This document shows positions 1 to 9,039 of a DNA stretch of 64,000 bases, piece after piece. Both the position numbers and the translations under genes were made by a program. Source of the DNA: Dehalococcoidia bacterium (GTDB taxonomy: Bacteria > Chloroflexota > Dehalococcoidia > UBA6926); NCBI GenBank assembly GCA_963666115.2, contig CAXXET010000004.1, positions 256,001-320,000 on the forward strand. The letters run 5' to 3'. The notes below the pieces were generated by a model. That model did not search any database. It saw only the letters and a list, made by a program, of their open reading frames with translations, and was not told the origin of the DNA. How positions within the stretch are numbered: position 1 is the first letter of the stretch; each line of letters begins with the position of its first letter.

Positions 1-1
1 G

Positions 2-187
2 CGGGCCATTGCCGCCGAAGACGGTTCCGTTCGGAACCTTGCACACCTTTACTCCTACCGTCAGGACGTCCTGCACGGCGAGTGCTTCTACCACGAATAC
101 TGCCAGCCTGAGGTGACGGAGCAACTCATCAACGAGACATTGGACTACATACAGGACGCTGAGCGGTTGGCTTCGCCCTCCTCGTAG
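2..187 (+). CDS. 3' end of a small protein, possibly PaREP1/HEPN-like (partial, runs off window)
   Basis: Open frame from base 2 to TAG 185-187: RAIAAEDGSVRNLAHLYSYRQDVLHGECFYHEYCQPEVTEQLINETLDYIQDAERLASPSS; LHxxxFY followed by a helix resembles PaREP1/HEPN C-termini. Confidence 0.45.
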   Translation, partial: RAIAAEDGSVRNLAHLYSYRQDVLHGECFYHEYCQPEVTEQLINETLDYIQDAERLASPSS

Positions 188-194
188 GGAAGTC

Positions 195-216
195 CCGTTC
201 ACCCTGAGCCTGTCGA
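195..216. repeat. REP-like palindrome family A (TCACCCTGAGCxTGTCGAAGG)
   Basis: Other copies at ~1252-1281, 22451-22474, 34196-34222, 35199-35226, 54134-54155, 63797-63819. Confidence 0.85.
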
Positions 217-226
217 GGAGACGGAC

Positions 227-439
227 ATGCCAACCGCAGTTGAGGTTCAGAAGGCGATAACCGACCTTCCAAAGGCGGAGTATGACAAGCTGATCCATTG
301 GCTCCAGGACTATGACTGGGACGTGTGGGACCGGGAGCTTGAAGAGGACGCAGAGGCCGGGAGGCTGAGGTTGGTGGCGGGCAAGGCCCTTGACAACCGT
401 GCCGCTTATCGCAATCCTGATGGAAAGGTTCCTCCCTGA
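227..439 (+). CDS. small hypothetical protein, antitoxin-like (WDRELEEDAEAGRL family)
   Basis: 70-aa ORF with GAGGAG RBS; resembles short proteins with a W-D-x-Q/E-I/L-E-x-D-x-x-A-G-K/R-L motif; the C-terminus runs into the RNA element. Confidence 0.55.
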   Translation: MPTAVEVQKAITDLPKAEYDKLIHWLQDYDWDVWDRELEEDAEAGRLRLVAGKALDNRAAYRNPDGKVPP

Positions 440-495
440 TGACAAGAGCCCAAGGGGCTCTCTCCGGAAACGGAGTAGTCGGGGAGGTCATTTTT
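425..495 (+). ncRNA. candidate DUF3800-associated structured RNA
   Basis: CCTCCC 431-436 pairs with GGGAGG 482-487; GAC 441-443 with GTC 478-480; hairpins GAGCCC-AAG-GGGCTC and CTCCG-GAAA-CGGAG; followed by TTTTT; immediately 3' of a DUF3800 gene. Confidence 0.7.
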
Positions 496-503
496 AATCG
501 CGC

Positions 504-1166
504 TCAGTAGTAGCGCCGTGTACCGTCGCGGAAGATGTCAGACTCGGTGCGGATGGCGGAATTGATCCGGTTGTAGGCAGTCTCGTCTCCTCTCTCGTGC
601 TTGCGGAAGACAGCCCAGCAACAGTAGTCGGCAATTTGGAGGCCATAATGGGAGCGCGAATCATGGTGCGCTATGCGATAGCGCGTTCCTTCCGGCAACA
701 TGTTTGCCAAGGTGACCTTAATCGCCTTTTCGACGGCCCGGCGCCTCTTCTGCACGGGAAGACTGTCAGTAATAATGATGACCTCATCGGTGTCAGGATG
801 CGATGACCTTGCGAGCAAGTCCCCAAGCAAATGCCCCAGCATCTGCGGGTAAAAGCGCCCATCGGCTCTGAGAGCCGGCTCTGTCTTGCTCTTCTCCACA
901 ATGACGCTGTCCACGTGTATGCCAGCCAAGCCGTTTGAGATGATGTCAAACACGTGCCCACGCACACGAGGGTTGTCCTCTGAACAGTGAAAGTACTCCT
1001 GTTCCACACCTTGCTCAAGAAGATCATACTTGTACGAATCGAGCGTCTCATTCAATCGAAATGGCCTCCGCATGCTGACACCGGTTAGCGCGAAGAAGCG
1101 TGTGCCGCTCACGCTAAAGTCCAGATTGCCGGATTCGTCAAGGAATACGTACAGCGCCTCGTTCAA
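504..1166 (-). CDS. DUF3800 domain protein
   Basis: N-terminal YVFLDESG and C-terminal LQIADY motifs typical of DUF3800. Confidence 0.85.
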   Translation of the reverse strand: MNEALYVFLDESGNLDFSVSGTRFFALTGVSMRRPFRLNETLDSYKYDLLEQGVEQEYFHCSEDNPRVRGHVFDIISNGLAGIHVDSVIVEKSKTEPALRADGRFYPQMLGHLLGDLLARSSHPDTDEVIIITDSLPVQKRRRAVEKAIKVTLANMLPEGTRYRIAHHDSRSHYGLQIADYCCWAVFRKHERGDETAYNRINSAIRTESDIFRDGTRRYY

Positions 1167-1251
1167 GAGATTGCCGCCCCCTCAGCCGCCCAATTGCCGC
1201 ATGGTTCACCCGCTTCCTGGGCGAGTATAGCAATCCCCAGCCCTCAGCCCC

Positions 1252-1345
1252 CCGCTCACCCTGAGCCTGTCGAAGGGCGAACCCGCCCGCACCGTCTTTC
1301 CCGCGAACGCGGGAATCCAGCCCCCGCCCTCTCATTCCGGCGAAA
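1252..1345. repeat. cluster of REP-like palindromes (families A and C)
   Basis: CCGCTCACCCTGAGCCTGTCGAAGGGCGAA, CGTCTTTCCCGCGAACGCGGGAATCCAG, and partial TCATTCCGGCGAAAG. Confidence 0.8.
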
Positions 1346-1398
1346 GACCACAGAGGGCGACGATTTGACACATCTGCTCTACAGACAGCATAGTACAC

Positions 1399-1596
1399 AT
1401 GAGCGCAGTACTTCGGAAGCCTTACGGAGGTTCGGAAATGATGGTGGGAATGATGGTCTCGCTGGGAATTCTTGGCCTGGGGTTGCTCCTAATCCTCGTC
1501 GGACTCAACAGCCCCCTCTCGCTAATTCAGGTTGGTATCGGCATCTTCTTGGCAGTGCTTGGAGCAGCGGGATTTCTCTTATCGCTGAAGAGATAA
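1399..1596 (+). CDS. small two-TM membrane protein
   Basis: 65 aa with two hydrophobic segments; TTGACA at 1365-1370 upstream. Confidence 0.55.
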   Translation: MSAVLRKPYGGSEMMVGMMVSLGILGLGLLLILVGLNSPLSLIQVGIGIFLAVLGAAGFLLSLKR

Positions 1597-1633
1597 TATG
1601 CCAGCCGCCAGCTATATGTTCCAATCCCGTCCC

Positions 1634-1661
1634 CGTCATTCCCGTGACAACGGGAATCCAG
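1634..1661. repeat. REP-like palindrome family C (GTCATTCCCGCGAAAGCGGGAATCC)
   Basis: CGTCATTCCCGTGACAACGGGAATCCAG; other copies at ~1294, 20602, 34127, 34263, 43322. Confidence 0.85.
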
Positions 1662-1837
1662 CCCGGCTCCCGTCCACGCAGGGCGAGCCACAATTCCCTC
1701 CTCCATTTCAGCGCGGTGGGCCACAATGGTGTCACGCTTGCAAACGCAGAACGTCGGAGCTATCATATGCTTTCTAGGACGACTACATCGGGGTTTCCAC
1801 CCGTGGTCAAATCGACGCCGCAACGGCAAGGGGGGCA

Positions 1838-2149
1838 GTGATGATTATTGTGCACTTAGCGATTCTGGCGCTGGGAGCCGTACTTGGCTTCCGAGCGCAC
1901 TTGCTGGCAGCAGTGCTGTCGGCGGCATACATCATGATGTGGTACGTTGCGATTGAGCCGTGGATCCAAGGGCTTGGCGGTAACACGGTATCACTTGTGT
2001 CATTGCTATTGGCCGTACCTACCGCCTTGCTGGCAGTCCTAACCGTCGTCGCGTGGTGGCTGGCCGCAGGCATCATAGTGGGGTTCGCGCTAAGGTGCCT
2101 TACAGTTGGCACGCTCCACCTTCTGGGAAACCTCGGAGGTGGGCGCTAA
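1838..2149 (+). CDS. small multi-TM membrane protein
   Basis: 103 aa, almost entirely hydrophobic. Confidence 0.55.
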   Translation: MMIIVHLAILALGAVLGFRAHLLAAVLSAAYIMMWYVAIEPWIQGLGGNTVSLVSLLLAVPTALLAVLTVVAWWLAAGIIVGFALRCLTVGTLHLLGNLGGGR

Positions 2150-2209
2150 GGCTGGTGGGCTAAACTTCCTGAACCGGAAGTTGCTTCTTTGGGGTAACCT
2201 GCCGTCCCC

Positions 2210-5200
2210 CTACCCCCGCCCACCTCTGGTGCCTGCGCGCGTGTGGCGGAACTCCACCCGTTCAATCAGGAGCGACCGTATCTCATCAAGTTTGTCCGCA
2301 AAGCCGAATTGCTTGCCGACGATTTCGTCAATGCGGAGATGGTGCTCAGTTTTTAGCTCCTCTGTGACGGGCAATGGCGATCTGTCCGCGACGCTCTTGA
2401 ACAGGGCACGCGCCTCATCGCCAAAGTCGAAATCAAAGTGGACAGGAAAGGGCTTCATGTCCGTGGCCTCCGCCTTCAGCAACCCACCTCCCAAGTTGGC
2501 CCTACCCGTGAGCTCTCTGTAGAGCCAGGCAAATGACGAGTTCATGTAGAGCCACAGGCAGTAATGCAGATCGGATTCCCAACGCCCGTCAGGCAAGTAA
2601 AGCTCTACACCACTGAATGAAAAGGCTTTGCTCTGGTTTAGGGCGCAGTAATGTCTGGTGCCGATGCCTCTAGGCATCAGGAGCGCCGGAACTTTGGAAA
2701 GCCGCGAATCGGACACATCATCTTTACGGACGTGCGCGTCCGGCTCATTGCAGCCAAACTCTGGCACGTCCACCACAACACCAATTGTGGCACCAGCTAC
2801 ATTGTGCAACTTCTTTGAGACATTGATGCCTTGCCCAAACTCAATGGTTGGCTTCTGCGGGCGTTTTTCTGAAACGGATACGTCAGCCAAGATAGCCCGG
2901 AACCAGTCGGGCATCGCAAAAAGGTGACCCCACTTCATGCCCGAGGTTATATCGATTGACCGCGTATCGGTCTGTGCCATGCTCTCATTGACGACGTGAT
3001 AGTCAATCGGCGTGTCCCTGTAGTTGCCGAAGGTGCAGACTATGGCGTTGATGTTGGGCCCGGATGCGTCAGAGAAGAACCGTGCCGAAGTATCAACGAT
3101 GCTGCGGAAGGAGAATCGCCCCTTTGTGAACTTCTGGAATACCTGACCATAATCCGAGGTAAGCCAACCGTTCTGAGTTACGAACGAAGCCGTTCCGTGA
3201 TTCGCCAAGAGTTTCGCCGCTCGCGCGAAGAAATAGATGAGGAGGTCACTGCCCCCAGCCACTGTCTCGCCCCAGTCCTTTTGTACAACACTCCTGTAAC
3301 TCTCTTTGGCGTCCTGTGCAAACAAGCTATTGCGTGCTTCAAGGTACGGCGGGTTCGCGATCACGATGTCAAAGCCGTCGCGGACTCCGAACATGAACTC
3401 CGGATCGAACCAGTCTGCCGCGTCCTGTGAGTCGGCCAGCACGCTCTGCTCCATCGGGTCCCAGTTAGCAATCTTCGATGCGCCGTCCGTTGGGAAGTCC
3501 GCCTGCATCAGGTATTGGGCAAGCAGGCCGCGGAGACGGCGATCCTCGTCGCGCAGCCGGCGCTTCTCCTGTCGCGCCGCGCCTGCGTGGAAGAATCGTT
3601 CCCGGTTGTCCAGGAGTTGCTGCTGCGTGCGGCGGACGTTCTCATCCTGGTCGCCGAACGAAAGCTGCTCGGGGCGGTCTAGGCCCAGCAGCGTATCCGC
3701 CGTGACGAACCGCGTTTCAAGGTTTGGCAGTGGGCGGATGCCGAAGTTGTCCGCCGGATCATCATTGGAGTCCTGCTCGATAGCGAGGGAGATGAAGAAG
3801 CGCAGCTTGGCGATTTCCCCCGCGTTTGGGTCGATGTCAACGCCGTAGATGCTGTTCTGGATCAGGTAGAGTTTGCGCCCAAAGTTGGACTCCTTGTACC
3901 GTTCGAACGTCCCGCTAATCTGATTCAGCGCGGCGTCCCTGTCCTGTATCTCGGATATCCAGAAGGCTTGGTCGGCCCGCGCGGACGCGATTTCACGCTG
4001 CGTTTGCTCCCATAGGGCATTGTCCGGATCCAAGCGGCGCAAAGCCAGGGTGAGCTTATGGAGGACGCCCATGGGGAACGCGCCCGAACCGACGGCGGGA
4101 TCGAGAACGCGCAGGGCCGCAATTGCGCGGACAATGCGCTCTTTCTCCGCGTCCTCAAACAACTCCCCGCCTTGCGCGTAATCGAACAGGAAGTGAAGCC
4201 GCTCCGCCCACCAGTCGTTCGGATCACCGTCCGGCGCGAGCTTGGTGAGCAGGGCGGCGACGAGGGCCTCATCCGCCATGTAATCGACGACGGGGCGGGG
4301 CGTGTAGTAGGAGCCGGCCTGCTTGCGGGCACTCTCGCCGGTCTCCGCGTTGATGGACGCCAGCAGGTTCTCAAACACTTTGCCCAACAACTCCGGGTCT
4401 AGCGCGACCTCCATATCCGTCGGTGTATTCTCCTCGACGGTGAACTTGTAGTGGTTGAAGAGCGTGATCAGCCCCTTGTCATCAAAGAAGAGGCGGTTGG
4501 GCCATGAAAGTTTGCCGTGCTCATCCGTGCCCTTTCTGAGCATGTTGTCGCTGAAGTAGTCGATGCGGTAGCCGCCGTCTCCGGCCGCCTCAAAGCTGTC
4601 CAGGCAGTCGAACAAGCCGCCGTTGATGAACGGCGTCCGGTCGAATAGCGCCCGCAGACGCGTCGGATCCGCCATCTCTTTCTCATAGCGGTACAGCGAG
4701 GTCAGGCGATGGGTCTTGTTCGCGCGGCTGCTAAAGCCGCGGTCAGCGATGCCCGTGTTCAGCGTGGCGAAGAACAGGTTCTGCAGGACGGCGCGATAGT
4801 ACGAATCGCCCTCAGCGGCGTCATAGCTCTTGAGCAGGTCCTTGATCTGGTTCTCGATGAACAGGTCCTCCGCGACGAGGCGCTTTTCCTTGATGAACCA
4901 CACGAAGAGGAGGCGTGTGATGAGTCGCAGAGTGTGCCGCTCTTTCGGCTGCTCTCTCGGCACCCCCACCGGGAACTTTGCCTCATCGATAGCGCGGTCG
5001 AACCACGCTTTGAGTTCGCTGTAGAACTTCCTGTTCAACTCCTCCGTGTCCAACTCGTCAAGCCACGCCGCAAGCAGGCCCTCAAAGTTGGGTTGCTTGC
5101 GCTCCTTATCCATCCAGTCCAGGCGCTTATCAAGCGATAGTTCGCTGATGATGTCCACGTGGGCGCGATGGGGCTTCACCGGATCAATCTCGCGGATTAG

Positions 5201-5755
5201 GGAGACTGCGCCCAGGACGTCTCGATCCGGGTTCCGTATGTTGGGGCGGCGGTGGACGAATGAGACGGTGAGGTGGCCCGTCGCTGTCCGGAAGAGGACG
5301 ACGGCGGGGATGGCGGGGAAGCGGCGGTTGACCTCCCGCGTCATGGCGGCGTAGGCGCCCCGGCGGTATTCGTCGCTCGTGAGTTCCGCAGCGACGAAGA
5401 GGAAGCTGCGTATCGAGTTGACGTCAAAGGCTGCGCCGTCCGAGAGTTTGAGACGCTGCTGCCCGCGCTCCGCGTTGATCTCCGCATCCGTGAGTTGGAA
5501 GAGCACGTGGAGGGATGAGGCATTGTTGCGCAAGAGGGTTTCATCCGCCGTCGGCGGCGTATCGGGCGGGAAGGGTTTGCCATCCGGCTTGAGGCGAGGA
5601 TACGCGGACAGGAACGCGCCCAGATCGCCCGTCTGACCCGGCGGCGTCCGGTCGCTCTTGTAGCCGAGCGTGTCCAGGAGCGCCGCCGCGCCATCGGCAA
5701 AAATCACCCTGCGATGCGTCGCGGAGCGCGTTTTGGATGGGCTGCCTCGCGGCAA
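2210..5755 (-). CDS. Eco57I/type IIG-like N6-adenine DNA methyltransferase (restriction-modification)
   Basis: Motif I VLDPAVGSGAF, motif IV DIVIANPPY, GSYYTP, PFINGGLF, LLGKVFENLL; C-terminal TRD-like region. Confidence 0.9.
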   Translation of the reverse strand: MPRGSPSKTRSATHRRVIFADGAAALLDTLGYKSDRTPPGQTGDLGAFLSAYPRLKPDGKPFPPDTPPTADETLLRNNASSLHVLFQLTDAEINAERGQQRLKLSDGAAFDVNSIRSFLFVAAELTSDEYRRGAYAAMTREVNRRFPAIPAVVLFRTATGHLTVSFVHRRPNIRNPDRDVLGAVSLIREIDPVKPHRAHVDIISELSLDKRLDWMDKERKQPNFEGLLAAWLDELDTEELNRKFYSELKAWFDRAIDEAKFPVGVPREQPKERHTLRLITRLLFVWFIKEKRLVAEDLFIENQIKDLLKSYDAAEGDSYYRAVLQNLFFATLNTGIADRGFSSRANKTHRLTSLYRYEKEMADPTRLRALFDRTPFINGGLFDCLDSFEAAGDGGYRIDYFSDNMLRKGTDEHGKLSWPNRLFFDDKGLITLFNHYKFTVEENTPTDMEVALDPELLGKVFENLLASINAETGESARKQAGSYYTPRPVVDYMADEALVAALLTKLAPDGDPNDWWAERLHFLFDYAQGGELFEDAEKERIVRAIAALRVLDPAVGSGAFPMGVLHKLTLALRRLDPDNALWEQTQREIASARADQAFWISEIQDRDAALNQISGTFERYKESNFGRKLYLIQNSIYGVDIDPNAGEIAKLRFFISLAIEQDSNDDPADNFGIRPLPNLETRFVTADTLLGLDRPEQLSFGDQDENVRRTQQQLLDNRERFFHAGAARQEKRRLRDEDRRLRGLLAQYLMQADFPTDGASKIANWDPMEQSVLADSQDAADWFDPEFMFGVRDGFDIVIANPPYLEARNSLFAQDAKESYRSVVQKDWGETVAGGSDLLIYFFARAAKLLANHGTASFVTQNGWLTSDYGQVFQKFTKGRFSFRSIVDTSARFFSDASGPNINAIVCTFGNYRDTPIDYHVVNESMAQTDTRSIDITSGMKWGHLFAMPDWFRAILADVSVSEKRPQKPTIEFGQGINVSKKLHNVAGATIGVVVDVPEFGCNEPDAHVRKDDVSDSRLSKVPALLMPRGIGTRHYCALNQSKAFSFSGVELYLPDGRWESDLHYCLWLYMNSSFAWLYRELTGRANLGGGLLKAEATDMKPFPVHFDFDFGDEARALFKSVADRSPLPVTEELKTEHHLRIDEIVGKQFGFADKLDEIRSLLIERVEFRHTRAGTRGGRG

Positions 5756-5761
5756 CCGTGT

Positions 5762-8700
5762 CTACTTGATTACCAGCCATGTGACAAGCTCGAAGTCTTC
5801 CTGTGTGGCGGGCGTTTCGCCGGCCCTGGGCAGGGTGAAGCCCCTGCCGCCTGTGCTGAGGCCCTGGGCGACGGCGGTTGCGCTGCTCTGCCGGATGTGG
5901 GCGATGACGGCTTCCACGAGGTCATTGTAGTGCGACATGTCCTGGCCCTGCTGCGTTTCGCGCGTGAACTCGTCAGAGAGCGCCGTGATGGGATCGGTCT
6001 TGCCGGCGGTCGCCGCGTCAAAGGCCTCCAGCGCCTGCCGCGCGTTGGCGCACCCGAACCGGATCGTGCCGTTGTCGCCGATGTAGACGAGGTAATAGGG
6101 GTGGACGGGGCTTGCGGGGCGTGAGCCGGGCGCGGGCCTGCCGGCGTTGCGCTGCTTGAGGAGGAAGATGACGCCGGGGCCGTGGGCGTCTTTGGGCGGT
6201 TCCGGGGTGACGGCGTACGCGCCGAACGGCATGTTTTCCAGCATGTCACGGTTCTTTTCCAGGAACTTCCGGAGTTGGACGAGGAAGTAGTCCATTGAGA
6301 AATCGCTCAGCACGACGCCGTCGCCCAGGTCGTCAATGTCCAGGATTTCGTCGCGCATTCGCCGCAGCTGCTCATCGCGGAACGTCAACTCCATCTGCGC
6401 GCCCTCCGCGAGCCCGGCTTCGGTGAAGAGTTCCTCGCCGCCGCCGGTGGTGTCCACGAGGGCCATGCGGGCCATGACGCGGTTCTCCAGGTCAAGGTAT
6501 TCCTGCATATTCGGCGTGGGCCAGTAGTTGATCATCCTGACGGAGGCGCTGCGGCTGCCGATGCGGTCAATGCGGCCAAAGCGCTGGATGAGGCGGACGG
6601 GGTTCCAGTGGATGTCATAGTTGACGACGGTATCGCAGTCCTGGAGGTTCTGGCCTTCCGAGATGCAGTCCGTGGCGATGAGGATATCGATGTCCTGCGC
6701 GATCGTGCCGTCGTCACGGCGGTTGCGGGCGACGGGCGCGAAGTCCGTGAGAATCTCCTGAAAGCGAGTTTCGTACCGCCCGCCGGCGTCCGACGGGGGC
6801 GCGGTGTCCCGCGTTTCGTCGCCGGCGACCATGGCCATGCGGACGCCGCGCGCCTCGGCCTCTTGCCGGAGGTTTTCGTAGAGGTAGAGGGCGGTGTCTT
6901 TAAAGGTGGTGAAGGCGAGCAGTTTGCGGTTCTCCTTACCGTCGTTGTCCGTGGTGGGTGATTCGATGCGCCGGCGGATTTGCGCCTGCAGGTCCTGGAG
7001 CTTGCCGTCGCGTTCGGGGGTGATGGCGGCGACGCGCTCACGGACGGCGTCCAACGTTTCACGATCACGCATGATATCCGCCCGCCAGCGGTCACGGTCA
7101 AGCTCATCAAGTCGGTATGGGCGGCGGGCGTGGTTGATGAGGAAGTCATCGTCGTCGCCGACGTCTTCTTCGTCCGGGGTTTCACCGGCGAGTTCCGCAG
7201 TGTTCTCAAAGCGGTCCATGCGCTCCAGCAGGTTGTCCATCTTGGCGATGGTGCGCTCCAGGGTGAGGGCGAGGGAGTGGGGTGAGCTTTCGAGGCGTTT
7301 GAGGAAGTTGACGCGGAGCATGGCGACCAGGTAGTGCTCGCGGTCACGCTGGTTGAAGTTGAATTTCGATTTCTCATCCTCCAGCTGCTGCCGGCGGTTC
7401 GGGTCATGGAGGTACGCGGACGGCTGGTAGATGGAGAGGGCGAATTGGCCGATGCGGTCTGAGAGGTCTTTGTAGGAGACGGGCTGTTGGGTGTCCGCCT
7501 CCGGGTAGGCATTGACGGGTTTTTCATGTGTGGGGAACTGCCCGATGCGCTCCATCTCTTCGGCGTAGGACTGCTGGATTTGGCGGCGGGAGCGGGCGAT
7601 GGAGACGGTACTGAGCAGGCGCTGGAACTCCGGCCCGAACTTTGCCATGAGCCCCGATTTGTCGCGGCGGACGCCGGCCTTCTTCGAGTCCTCCTCCCAC
7701 GACTTGAACTCGGCCTGGGCAGCGGCCATCACCGTGTTGAGGTTGGCGATGCTTTCCGTTTCCAGGAAATGGTCGGCACGCCCCTGCGTCATCAAGTGGA
7801 TCTGGTTGCGAAGATCGATGAGCGACGTGTTGACGGGGGTGGCGGACAGCATGAGAACCTGCGTCTGCGCCCCGTCTTTGATGATCTCCTCGAAGAGTTT
7901 CTTGTAACGCTTGCCGCCGTCGTTGCGGAAGTTGTGGGACTCGTCGATGACGACGAGGTCGTATGCACCCCAGTTGAAATCGCCGAGATCGATGTTGCCG
8001 GACCTGCCGCCATCACGGGACAGGTCTGTGTGGGCGAGCACGGTGTAGCCGAACTGATCATCCCGGAAGGGGTTGTTGAGGCGGTTGTTGTACCGGGGAT
8101 AGAGCGCCCAGTTTTCCCTGAGCTTGTTGGGACAGAGGACGAGGACGCTCTTGTTGCGGAGTTCGTAGTACTTGATAACGGCGAGGGCGGTGTACGTTTT
8201 GCCAAGGCCGACGCTGTCCGCGAGGATGCAGCCGTTGTTCCGCTGAAGTTGGCGGATAATGCTGCGCGCGCCTTCACGCTGGAATTCGTAGAGGTCCTGC
8301 CAGATGCGCTTTTCAGAGAGGCGGGTCTGCCGCGCGGCGTCCGCTTCCCTTTCCATGTCCGCGATCCTGTCCTTGAACATCTCGTACAGCGTCTTGAAGT
8401 ACACGATCTCCGGGGAGTAGTCGCGGCTGATGCGGCCCAGCGCGTCCAGCACCTCCTGCTTGACGTCGTAGGTGCGCGCCTCGTCGTTCCAGAGGTTGTC
8501 GAACCACTCGCGCAGTTCGTCGCGGAGGGCGGGATCGGGCATATCGACGTTGATTTCCAGGTTGGGGCGGGCGCTGCCACCCAGGCCGCTCCTGGTGAAG
8601 TTGGAACTGCCAACGATGGCGGCGTCATCCGTGATATACATCTTGCCGTGCAGGAAGTTGGCCTGGCGGATGGAGCGGATGTCCACCGCGCCGGCGGCGA

Positions 8701-9010
8701 CCCATTCCGCGCAGCGGCGGGCCAATTCCTTTTGATGGAGGATTTGGGTGGGCGCCAAGCCGCTGTCGGTCAGCCTGAAGTTCCGCCCCTCCGTCCGGCC
8801 GGGGTCCACGTCTTCGATGGACGTGGGATCGCCGAAGAGGAATCGCGTTTGGCCGACGTTGGCGAGCAGGTCAGCCAGCAATTCATAGCCGTAGATGCTG
8901 AAGTAGGCGGAGACGACGTCAAAGTTCGCCGCCGCGTCAAGATGGGTTCGCAGGCGATCCACCACGCGGCGGTCGGGGGTGTTATCCAGCAGGTAGTTGG
9001 GGTTGGACAC
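5762..9010 (-). CDS. PLD-nuclease/SNF2-type helicase fusion
   Basis: LHGKMY...GSSNFT PLD motif; LADSVGLGKT, DESH, SATP, SEGQNLQ, QRFGRIDR SF2 motifs. Confidence 0.9.
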   Translation of the reverse strand: MSNPNYLLDNTPDRRVVDRLRTHLDAAANFDVVSAYFSIYGYELLADLLANVGQTRFLFGDPTSIEDVDPGRTEGRNFRLTDSGLAPTQILHQKELARRCAEWVAAGAVDIRSIRQANFLHGKMYITDDAAIVGSSNFTRSGLGGSARPNLEINVDMPDPALRDELREWFDNLWNDEARTYDVKQEVLDALGRISRDYSPEIVYFKTLYEMFKDRIADMEREADAARQTRLSEKRIWQDLYEFQREGARSIIRQLQRNNGCILADSVGLGKTYTALAVIKYYELRNKSVLVLCPNKLRENWALYPRYNNRLNNPFRDDQFGYTVLAHTDLSRDGGRSGNIDLGDFNWGAYDLVVIDESHNFRNDGGKRYKKLFEEIIKDGAQTQVLMLSATPVNTSLIDLRNQIHLMTQGRADHFLETESIANLNTVMAAAQAEFKSWEEDSKKAGVRRDKSGLMAKFGPEFQRLLSTVSIARSRRQIQQSYAEEMERIGQFPTHEKPVNAYPEADTQQPVSYKDLSDRIGQFALSIYQPSAYLHDPNRRQQLEDEKSKFNFNQRDREHYLVAMLRVNFLKRLESSPHSLALTLERTIAKMDNLLERMDRFENTAELAGETPDEEDVGDDDDFLINHARRPYRLDELDRDRWRADIMRDRETLDAVRERVAAITPERDGKLQDLQAQIRRRIESPTTDNDGKENRKLLAFTTFKDTALYLYENLRQEAEARGVRMAMVAGDETRDTAPPSDAGGRYETRFQEILTDFAPVARNRRDDGTIAQDIDILIATDCISEGQNLQDCDTVVNYDIHWNPVRLIQRFGRIDRIGSRSASVRMINYWPTPNMQEYLDLENRVMARMALVDTTGGGEELFTEAGLAEGAQMELTFRDEQLRRMRDEILDIDDLGDGVVLSDFSMDYFLVQLRKFLEKNRDMLENMPFGAYAVTPEPPKDAHGPGVIFLLKQRNAGRPAPGSRPASPVHPYYLVYIGDNGTIRFGCANARQALEAFDAATAGKTDPITALSDEFTRETQQGQDMSHYNDLVEAVIAHIRQSSATAVAQGLSTGGRGFTLPRAGETPATQEDFELVTWLVIK

Positions 9011-9039
9011 GCTTTGGGTTCCTCTTGCGCCGGAGAGGG

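Noticed and set aside
1-2149. Small genes separated by palindromes as an integron cassette array
   Set aside because: No RYYYAAC/GTTRRRY attC cores, mixed gene orientation, no integrase.
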